Positions 8,905 through 15,288 of a stretch of DNA of 32,000 nucleotides are shown piece after piece. The notes under the pieces were generated by a model. It was not told the DNA's origin. It saw only the letters and a program-made list of their open reading frames with translations, and did not search any database. The stretch's first letter is position 1; each line of letters begins with the position of its first letter. Made by a program: the position numbers and the translations under genes. The stretch comes from Xylanibacter ruminicola 23 (GTDB lineage: Bacteria; Bacteroidota; Bacteroidia; Bacteroidales; Bacteroidaceae): the NCBI RefSeq assembly GCF_000025925.1, contig NC_014033.1, positions 2,160,001 through 2,192,000 on the forward strand, written 5' to 3'.

Positions 8905-9924
8905 TTATTTCTTAGCCGATGTTTCGCGGATGACCAGCTTCTGCGGCACAATCTTCTTGTAGATATGGCTGTCGCCATTGATATTCTTCAACAGCAGTTT
9001 GCAGGTCTCGGTACCCATCTCGTAGCTCTGATCGACAATGGCCGAGAGGCGTGGGGTGACATAGCCCGCATGCACATCGTCGGTAAAACCAATGAGCGCC
9101 ACATCGTCGGGGATACGCAGGCCCAGCTGCTTGATAGCTGTAAAAGCTGCAAACGTGATGATATCGTTGAAGGCCAAAATGGCATCAGGACGGTTGGGCA
9201 TCTGCAACAGACGGGTAGCCGCCTCCAGGGCCCAGTCGAAATCAATCTTTTCGCATACCACCAGGTCGCGCTCGATGGGGATACGGTTCTCGCGCAGAGC
9301 CTCTAAATAGCCATGCTTACGGCGCACCACCATATCCAGGTGGTTAGGACCGCCGATAAAGGCGATGCGCTTGCTACCGGTATCGATGAGGTGCTGGGTG
9401 GCCTGCTGGGCAGCAATGTCGCCATTGGCGGTGACACACGAGAATTTATCCGACAAACAGGTGCGCCCGAAGAACACCATGGGTATCTGCATGTTGTAGA
9501 TCTCCTCGAAGTGACTGTAGTCGCGTGTATCCTGTGCCAGACAGGCAATGATGCCCTCGACATGCAGGTTGATGAAGTTATCGATGGCTTTTACCTCGAG
9601 CTCGCTATCCTCGTGGGTGTTGGCGCTGATGACCGAGTAACCGGCCTTGCGGGCCTCGTCCTCGATACCATCGAGCACAGCCGAATAGTAGTGCGTAACC
9701 AGGTTAGGCACTACCACACCGATGACTCTTGGTGCCTCTTTACGTAAACTCTGCGCAAAGGGGTTGGGACGGTAATTCATCTTACGCGCCAGCTCCTTCA
9801 CCTTCTCCTGCATGGCCGCACCAATCTCGGGCGAGCTACGCAAGGCACGACTGACAGTAGCTATACTGACGCCCAATTCCTGAGCGATATCCTTGAGTGA
9901 GGTTCTACGTTTATTTGTTACCAT
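8905..9924 (-). CDS. LacI/GalR family transcriptional regulator
   Basis: ORF 8905..9963 trimmed to the ATG at 9922-9924. N-terminal HTH: SLKDIAQELGVSIATVSRALR. A periplasmic-binding-protein-like sugar-binding core follows (IGVVVPNL..., RIAFIGGP..., PDAILAFNDI...). Confidence 0.92.
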   Translation of the reverse strand: MVTNKRRTSLKDIAQELGVSIATVSRALRSSPEIGAAMQEKVKELARKMNYRPNPFAQSLRKEAPRVIGVVVPNLVTHYYSAVLDGIEDEARKAGYSVISANTHEDSELEVKAIDNFINLHVEGIIACLAQDTRDYSHFEEIYNMQIPMVFFGRTCLSDKFSCVTANGDIAAQQATQHLIDTGSKRIAFIGGPNHLDMVVRRKHGYLEALRENRIPIERDLVVCEKIDFDWALEAATRLLQMPNRPDAILAFNDIITFAAFTAIKQLGLRIPDDVALIGFTDDVHAGYVTPRLSAIVDQSYEMGTETCKLLLKNINGDSHIYKKIVPQKLVIRETSAKK

Positions 9925-9950
9925 TTCTACATTCGTATCATGTGACGTTG

Positions 9951-9958
9951 CAAAGGTA
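9951..9958 (-). promoter_or_regulatory. -7 promoter box (TACCTTTG) for the LacI gene, and probably for the downstream sensor and GH31 genes
   Basis: The reverse complement of caaaggta matches TAnnTTTG, 26 nt upstream of the LacI ATG. A minus-strand TTTG at 9978-9981 lies 19 nt further upstream, consistent with a -33 element. Confidence 0.65.
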
Positions 9959-9975
9959 CACATTTTTTTGAAAAT

Positions 9976-9989
9976 CGCAAACGTTTACG
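9976..9989. promoter_or_regulatory. Candidate LacI-family operator (imperfect palindrome CGCAAACGTTTACG with central CG)
   Basis: Six of seven half-site positions are symmetric around a central CG, as in LacI/GalR/CcpA-type operators. It overlaps the putative -33 TTTG of the LacI promoter. Confidence 0.45.
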
Positions 9990-10034
9990 TGTGATTTTTT
10001 GCGTTAATGTATTGATTTCGAGTATTTTTCTTCG

Positions 10035-10042
10035 TACCTTTG
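10035..10042 (+). promoter_or_regulatory. Orphan -7 promoter box (TACCTTTG, extended TACCTTTGCAC) with no CDS downstream
   Basis: It has the same extended sequence as the boxes at 18373 and 24800. It points into a 120-nt non-coding gap. Confidence 0.55.
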
Positions 10043-10049
10043 CACCAGC

Positions 10050-10142
10050 AAAATCAGAAATGAGTAATGAATAGTTGATAATAAGTTAGTTAGAAAATGG
10101 AAAAGCAAGACTGTCGGGATGACACTCTTGCTTTTTATTTTT
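10050..10142 (+). ncRNA. Candidate small non-coding RNA of about 90 nt (ends approximate)
   Basis: It is bracketed by the consensus -7 box at 10035-10042 and a strong intrinsic terminator at 10103-10142. The only ORFs are a 4-codon MSNE peptide and a 46-codon frame that reads through the terminator. Confidence 0.4.
10103..10142 (+). terminator. Intrinsic terminator (13-bp stem with one C-C mismatch, GGGAT loop, TTTTTATTTTT tail)
   Basis: AAGCAAGACTGTC (10103-10115) pairs with GACACTCTTGCTT (10121-10133), followed by a T-rich tail. The reverse orientation has only a weak T-run (TTCCATTTTC), so it may also serve the convergent DUF5686-like gene less efficiently. Confidence 0.7.
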
Positions 10143-10162
10143 ATACGTGTTTTAAACCGTTT

Positions 10163-12811
10163 TTAGAACGTGGCTCGCACCATGAAACGCACGCCATGCT
10201 TGTGGGCGGTGGGCAGCTCGTTGTAGTTTAATCGGCGTACATACTCTACATGAATAATCTTGAAGATATTGTGCAAACCTAAGCTGAGCTCCATATAGGG
10301 GCGCTTGGGATCGATGACATAGCTACCCTCGGGGAAATACATGAGGATAGGATTGCCGATGTTGTGATCCTTGTAGGGATTGTTCTTATCACTGAGTTCG
10401 CCCCACAGTACACGGAAGCCAATCCACTCACGCCACTTGAGCTTACGCAACAGGGGGATGCGGTTGAGAATCTTACCGTTCATATCCCAGTTGACCTGTC
10501 CCGACAGGAATCGGTCGGTTGGGAACTCCATGTTGTTGATGGCCTCGAAGGTGTAGTCCTGCACGATATACGAGAGGTTGGTCTCAGGCATAATGAGCAA
10601 GGGGAAAGGCACCTTCTCCCACTGGATACCACCTTTGATATTGAAGTCCATCTTTCCCCACGACTTGAGCCAGAAGCGCTTATAGATAGAGCCCTCGGTA
10701 TAGTTGTAGCTATACTGACCGCCCAGCACATCCTTCAAGCCCAGGGTATGACTGACGGTAAACACAGGGGCATCGAGGTTGATAGGCAGGCGGCGCTGCT
10801 TGGTGTTGATAAAGGTCTCGCCAGGAGCAAAACGCAACTCTGCACGGAGCTCCGTGGTGCGGATCTTCTGACTGGGTGTATAAGCAGAGGCATCAGCACC
10901 TGTGGGAATGGGATTGCTCCAGTTGGTCCAGGTGGAACGATCACTGCTGTACGACATGGGGATGAAGTACAGACCACCAGCAGCCTCGTTCTCCTCGAGT
11001 TTCATGGAGAGTGTGGTACGGAAGCCCCAGTCCTCCTCGCGTTCGAAGGTGACCGACTGGCGGTTGTAGAACATCATCTTATCTACCTTGCTCCACTTAA
11101 AGGCGGTAAACACATTATCCTTATCGGTGTGCATGAACTTATCGGATGGCGACATCACATCGTAGGTAGATGAGAAGGTGAGCGTGCGCTGCGGGAACTC
11201 GCGGGGCAGGTACTCCTTCTTATTGAACGACCAGATGACATCGCCCTTGTAATACCACTTCTTAGAGTTCCAACCACGGGCCACGTAGCCACGGAAGAAC
11301 AGGTTGGAATCGAGGTTAGCGGTGCTCTGGGCAGAGATACGCGTACGAATACCATCGATGATATTCTTGGTAATCATGGTGTTGATAGGACCGATATCCA
11401 CCTTGCTGGGGTGCTTCTTGGTACCTGTCTCCACAAAGTTCTCGACCAGAGCCTTCAAACCGAACAGTACCCACTTAAAGCCCTTGACATTCTGCATGCC
11501 ATTGACAAACTGATCCATCTGACTCTCAGCCTTGGTCAACTCTACCTGGCGATACTGGTTCCAGAACTCATCGCTACGCATCATGGCGTTCACATCCTTC
11601 ACCTCTTTCTTCGTACCCTTAAACAGCTGTTTGGGCAGTTCGTCGAAGGCGTAATCGTTGATACGGGTGTTACGGATGACAGCAAACTTCTGCAGAAAGT
11701 TGGCCAGCTTGAGTTCGGTAAACATATCATCCACGCTCAGCACCCAGTCGCCATCGGGCAACTGCGTGAACTCCTGCACCACCTGCATGTTCTCCACGAA
11801 GTTTACATCGCTCTTCTTAGGGATGGTCATCTCGCAGCGCTTCACCTGCCAACTGCTGTCGGCCAGGATATACAGGTCGCCACGGAAGCCAAAGTCCTGC
11901 TGGTTGTTGGGCAGGAAGTGCAGATGGTAGCACAGGTCCTTGTCAACCATGAGCGTGTCCTCGATATAATAGCGGTAGAAGCCAATGGCATCCTTGCCGA
12001 TAGGCGAGGTGAAGGGGTACTGCAACATACGTATCTGATCGTCGTAGATGTTCACATCGGTGAACACATCCTTCATGATGGTGTTCAGGATATCACCCGT
12101 CTGGAACAGGTCGTTGATACCCTGGGTGTTGATACCCTTGATGATGATCTTCTCGTCGTGTGGCTTCTTGCGATAGATCTTCTGCGAAACCGTCTCATCC
12201 ACGCTGATGGGCAGGATGAGTTTGTTGTTATATGGGCATGCCTCAATCTGGTCGATAAGCCACTGTTTCTTCTTATACTTGGGCGAATCGAGCACCTCGG
12301 GCTTGAAATCATTGAGTGCCAGTGTAATCTTCTGGTACTTGTTGTACTGATAATAATCGCGGTTGTCGAGATCGGTCTGCTTCTTGGCAGCTATCACCTT
12401 ACGCATCATCTCAACAGCCGGGTTGTTCTTACGACTGTAGCGACCACGCTTGGTTTTGATGGTGACCTCTTTCAACATCTTATTATCGGTCTTGAGCGCA
12501 ATCTTGATGACGTTCTTGATACCCGAGTTAATCTGTACCGTGTGGGATACGTAGCCTACCGACGTAAAGGTGAGTTGCCAGCCATTATGACGGACAATCG
12601 AAAAGTTGCCATCGATATCAGAAGCCACTCCTACCCCATGACCCAGGTACTGGGCACTGGCAAAGGGGATGGGCTCGCCGGTCTTGGCATCCACAATCTG
12701 TCCGCTGATGGTGTGCTGCGCATATGCAGTGAATAGTGAACAGTGCATAGTGAATAGTATCACTATCACCCTCAGTATCCACTGTGTTTTCCAATCAATA
12801 TTTCTCTTCAT
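10163..12811 (-). CDS. Outer-membrane protein with carboxypeptidase-like regulatory (CarboxypepD_reg) N-domain and DUF5686-like body
   Basis: Signal peptide MKRNIDWKTQWILRVIVILFTMHCSLFTAYA. CarboxypepD_reg motif: ISGQIVDAKTGEPIPFASAQ...SDIDGNFSI. Long beta-rich body ending in an aromatic residue (VRFMVRATF), typical of OM barrels. The start codon overlaps the HAD gene by 17 nt. The family name is from memory. Confidence 0.8.
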   Translation of the reverse strand: MKRNIDWKTQWILRVIVILFTMHCSLFTAYAQHTISGQIVDAKTGEPIPFASAQYLGHGVGVASDIDGNFSIVRHNGWQLTFTSVGYVSHTVQINSGIKNVIKIALKTDNKMLKEVTIKTKRGRYSRKNNPAVEMMRKVIAAKKQTDLDNRDYYQYNKYQKITLALNDFKPEVLDSPKYKKKQWLIDQIEACPYNNKLILPISVDETVSQKIYRKKPHDEKIIIKGINTQGINDLFQTGDILNTIMKDVFTDVNIYDDQIRMLQYPFTSPIGKDAIGFYRYYIEDTLMVDKDLCYHLHFLPNNQQDFGFRGDLYILADSSWQVKRCEMTIPKKSDVNFVENMQVVQEFTQLPDGDWVLSVDDMFTELKLANFLQKFAVIRNTRINDYAFDELPKQLFKGTKKEVKDVNAMMRSDEFWNQYRQVELTKAESQMDQFVNGMQNVKGFKWVLFGLKALVENFVETGTKKHPSKVDIGPINTMITKNIIDGIRTRISAQSTANLDSNLFFRGYVARGWNSKKWYYKGDVIWSFNKKEYLPREFPQRTLTFSSTYDVMSPSDKFMHTDKDNVFTAFKWSKVDKMMFYNRQSVTFEREEDWGFRTTLSMKLEENEAAGGLYFIPMSYSSDRSTWTNWSNPIPTGADASAYTPSQKIRTTELRAELRFAPGETFINTKQRRLPINLDAPVFTVSHTLGLKDVLGGQYSYNYTEGSIYKRFWLKSWGKMDFNIKGGIQWEKVPFPLLIMPETNLSYIVQDYTFEAINNMEFPTDRFLSGQVNWDMNGKILNRIPLLRKLKWREWIGFRVLWGELSDKNNPYKDHNIGNPILMYFPEGSYVIDPKRPYMELSLGLHNIFKIIHVEYVRRLNYNELPTAHKHGVRFMVRATF
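12728..12758. repeat. Tandem heptamers AGTGAAT AGTGAAC AGTGCAT AGTGAAT inside the signal-peptide coding region of the DUF5686-like gene
   Basis: Read directly. It encodes LFTMHCSLFT on the minus strand and differs at about 2 of 28 positions from the intergenic array at 23364-23394. Confidence 0.8.
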
Positions 12812-13502
12812 TATTTTCTAAAATCTGTGTTAAGTCTGTTATTACTTTCCCGGCGGGGGACTCATCAACGGGATCGTTAGTCCAACCTTCGCCTTTGAAC
12901 CATACAGTGTGACATCCCGCCTTACCGGCTGGGATGATGTCTTTATCCATACTATCGCCAACTACCACCACTTCATCAGGCTGCATGCCCAGGGCCTCAA
13001 CGCCCAAAGTAAAAATCTGTGGGTCGGGCTTGCGAACGCCTACCACGGCGCTCTCGATGATGGTATCGAAAATGCCATCCAACTTAAACTCCTTGAGCAC
13101 GGTGGCGATGTTACCATAGAAATTGCTGACCAGCACCATGGGGTACTGCTGTTTGAGTTGCAGCAACACCTCGCGACTTTTGGCAGTCTCTTTCACAGTT
13201 GCCTCGTACAAGCTGTCTGTGAGAGGTTTTAGATAAGAAGAGACAGAAGAAACATAGTTCTGTTCCTTTAAGAACTCCAGCTGGATGCGGATTTTGGTTT
13301 CTATCGTTTTGTAGAACGTAAAATCGGGCTGGATGATAGGATTCTTACCCAATGTGCGCTCGGCATGCACATAGGCATCGCGAAAAGCCTCCTCGCTCAC
13401 AGGCATCTGCTGGCGCTCGTAAGCATGCCAAATTACCTTTCCCCAGTGCTGTCCACCGGTATCCAAGGTCCCACCGTAATCAAATATATAACCCTTGAGC
13501 AT
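12795..13502 (-). CDS. HAD superfamily hydrolase, subfamily IA
   Basis: Motif I FDYGGTLDT (nucleophile Asp present, Asp+2 replaced by Gly). Motif II VLVSNF. Motif III Lys in GVRKPDPQIF. Motif IV VVVGDSMDKDI. Confidence 0.85.
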   Translation of the reverse strand: MLKGYIFDYGGTLDTGGQHWGKVIWHAYERQQMPVSEEAFRDAYVHAERTLGKNPIIQPDFTFYKTIETKIRIQLEFLKEQNYVSSVSSYLKPLTDSLYEATVKETAKSREVLLQLKQQYPMVLVSNFYGNIATVLKEFKLDGIFDTIIESAVVGVRKPDPQIFTLGVEALGMQPDEVVVVGDSMDKDIIPAGKAGCHTVWFKGEGWTNDPVDESPAGKVITDLTQILENNEEKY

Positions 13503-13508
13503 TTAAAA

Positions 13509-13548
13509 ATGTAAAAAATATAAAATGTAAAAATGTAAAAATTATAAT
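13509..13548. repeat. Five tandem octamers (ATGTAAAA AATATAAA ATGTAAAA ATGTAAAA ATTATAAT) in the spacer between the phosphotransferase and HAD genes
   Basis: Read directly. The last unit contains the TAA stop (13542-13544) of the CDP-alcohol phosphotransferase gene. Confidence 0.85.
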
Positions 13549-14441
13549 TTAGCACAGAGGGCCTCGTGCTTGTGGTGCATGTACATATACATGGCCTGGA
13601 AGACGGTAATCTCTACCAGGGGATATACCCAAGGGCAATTGAGCAGACAGGTGACATAGATGGTGATGGCACGTGCATTGAACGTGAGCAGGTTGGTGTA
13701 CTTCATCAAAGGACGACTACCTGCTAACAGGCGCTCACGAATAGCCTCAGAAGGCTGCTGCTTCCAAGCGGCAAAGAACTTCTGGAAGTTAGGTGTGCGC
13801 TGCTCCTGACTCTTACAGTAGTTGGCATAATTATAAAAGAACACGCGCGAGAGCACATCGCTCTTAGGCAACGACTCGTAGTGCGCACGCTGCTGCTTAT
13901 AGTTATCCAACTCGCTACCATCCTTACCCAACAGGAAGAAGAGGTGGATCTGACGGTAGTAGTCGGCCAGAGAGCTCTGCTTGGCATGCAGACCGATACC
14001 AGCAGCGGCACACAGCAGGAAGCCCCAGAAGCGCCACTCGATATCGGTGCCAGGAATGGTCTGATACCACAAGCGGGCCACAATACCCAAATAGATAGAG
14101 GTGAACCACAAATCGCCCGAGAAACCATCGAGCATACGACCAATCAGGGTTTTCTTACCAGTGATACGTGCCATCTGACCGTCGGTAGAGTCGCAGAAGT
14201 TAGCGAACATCAGCAACAGTACACCATAGATGTTATGCAGCAGGTCGGTGTAATGAAACATCCAACCAGCGCCCACGCCTAAGAATATCGATACAATGGT
14301 AATGACATTGGGGTGGATATCCAGTTTGTTCCACAACAATGCAAATACCAGTCCTATAGGACGTGTGAAATGCACGTCCAACCACTCTTCAGTATCCTCC
14401 GATTTAAATGATAATTTCAGTAATTCCTTAAATGTTGCCAT
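13542..14441 (-). CDS. CDP-alcohol phosphatidyltransferase family membrane protein
   Basis: Signature CDSTDGQMAR-ITGKKTLI-G-RML-D (D-x2-D-G-x2-A-R-x8-G-x3-D). The final Asp comes after 4 rather than 3 residues (DGFSGD). Multiple TM segments. Confidence 0.88.
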   Translation of the reverse strand: MATFKELLKLSFKSEDTEEWLDVHFTRPIGLVFALLWNKLDIHPNVITIVSIFLGVGAGWMFHYTDLLHNIYGVLLLMFANFCDSTDGQMARITGKKTLIGRMLDGFSGDLWFTSIYLGIVARLWYQTIPGTDIEWRFWGFLLCAAAGIGLHAKQSSLADYYRQIHLFFLLGKDGSELDNYKQQRAHYESLPKSDVLSRVFFYNYANYCKSQEQRTPNFQKFFAAWKQQPSEAIRERLLAGSRPLMKYTNLLTFNARAITIYVTCLLNCPWVYPLVEITVFQAMYMYMHHKHEALCAKL

Positions 14442-14446
14442 TATAT

Positions 14447-14478
14447 TATTTGACTATTTTACTATTATACTATTTTAC
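14447..14478. repeat. Four tandem octamers TATTnnAC (TATTTGAC TATTTTAC TATTATAC TATTTTAC), followed by AATTGTCAATTA
   Basis: Read directly. It spans the spacer and the last codons plus stop of the ATP-grasp gene (IDNCKIV*). Confidence 0.85.
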
Positions 14479-15250
14479 AATTGTCAATTAGTGCGGCAAT
14501 CGCACTTGCCGCATCTTGTCGGCAGCGCGAAAAGCTGGGCCAGTCGTTGAAATCAATGACACAGTAGCTGCCATCCTCGCGGATGATGCAGTCGCCACCA
14601 TATACGCTGATGCCTACAGCCTGTGCCAGCTTCTCGGCATCGGCCTGCAGCGCCTCTACCACAAAGGGATAATGACGGGCGGTACCATTACGCAGTTCGT
14701 CGTTGAACTTGGTGTCGCCATCATCTGTGGGATAGTAATAGCGGAAGAAGCCCGTACCAGCCACACCATAGAACTTAACCAGATCGCCAGGCACGTGGGC
14801 ACTGACGGTATAGGCCGTGATGCCACGCTGCTGGAAGGCAGCTATCTTCTCGTTCAGCTCGGTCTGATTAGCCGCAAACTGCACATCGCTCTTATCCTGT
14901 GCAGCCGCATCGCCACGCTTCAGCCAGTAGCCATGAGCCCCCTGGCGTGGTGGCATAGGCGTGCCAATCTGTTGCATGAGCGCCTCTAACTGGCAGCGCG
15001 CGCAGTTTGCAATGCCTGTAGAGGAATTGATGGCAGGGAAATCGCGCAGTTTGTCGAGTGTCAGTGGCAGGCGTCCCATCGTAAAAATACGGTGGTAACC
15101 GGCAGGATTAAACGGCTGCTCCTCGCTCACCATCTCTACCTCGTAACCAGCCGCACAAAGCTTAGCGCCTACTGCCTCGAGTATCGCCTTGTCTTTCTCA
15201 ACCGAATTAGGTGAGAACACCTCCGCCTGCTGTACCAATAGTATCTTCAA
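14465..15250 (-). CDS. ATP-grasp fold protein (ITPK/RimK-like), substrate unknown; apparent TTG start
   Basis: N-terminal KILLV strand typical of a pre-ATP-grasp domain. C-terminal metal-binding-like motif GGDCIIREDGSYCVIDFNDWPSF (D-x-N), which resembles the IDxNxFPG motif of inositol-trisphosphate 5/6-kinase-type ATP-grasp enzymes. There is no ATG between the upstream stop and residue 40, and the ORF track start is TTG at 15248-15250. Confidence 0.6.
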   Translation of the reverse strand: MKILLVQQAEVFSPNSVEKDKAILEAVGAKLCAAGYEVEMVSEEQPFNPAGYHRIFTMGRLPLTLDKLRDFPAINSSTGIANCARCQLEALMQQIGTPMPPRQGAHGYWLKRGDAAAQDKSDVQFAANQTELNEKIAAFQQRGITAYTVSAHVPGDLVKFYGVAGTGFFRYYYPTDDGDTKFNDELRNGTARHYPFVVEALQADAEKLAQAVGISVYGGDCIIREDGSYCVIDFNDWPSFSRCRQDAASAIAALIDNCKIV

Positions 15251-15255
15251 TTCTA

Positions 15256-15288
15256 AATGTTTAATCTTTAATGTTTAATGTTTAATGT
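15256..15288. repeat. Tandem heptamers AATGTTT AATCTTT AATGTTT AATGTTT AATGTCC between the nucleotidyltransferase and ATP-grasp genes
   Basis: Read directly. It provides the last three codons (IKH) and the TAA stop of the nucleotidyltransferase gene. Confidence 0.9.

Noticed and set aside
8883-8978. N-terminal extensions offered by the ORF track: sensor to 8978, LacI to 9963, rpoD to 2650, methyltransferase from 18278 and peptidase from 19722.
   Set aside because: The extensions overlap neighbouring genes, terminators or promoter boxes, and they encode Arg-rich or nonsense-like peptides. The internal ATGs give canonical N-termini (signal peptides, HTH, conserved family starts).
2705-9924. 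Interpretation of the LacI, sensor and GH31 genes as a polysaccharide utilisation locus.
   Set aside because: No SusC-like TonB-dependent transporter or SusD-like gene is present in or adjacent to the unit within this window.
9925-10162. Possible invertible promoter (inverton) in the LacI upstream region.
   Set aside because: I could not find flanking inverted repeats of useful length around either promoter box, and no recombinase gene is nearby.
10097-10237. A 46-codon ORF (MEKQDCRDDTLAFYFYTCFK...) in the LacI/DUF5686 intergenic gap.
   Set aside because: It reads straight through the terminator hairpin and into the 3' end of the convergent gene, and it has no family resemblance. The region is better explained as non-coding.
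11411-12736. Long antisense ORFs inside well-supported genes: 11411-12736, 10364-11173, 17155-18222, 19845-20924, 22368-23195, 27189-28238, 4811-5686 and 6570-7196.
   Set aside because: Each lies opposite a CDS with clear family motifs. Their translations are Leu/Val/His/Gly-rich with no domains, and none has its own promoter box. I treat them as shadow frames.
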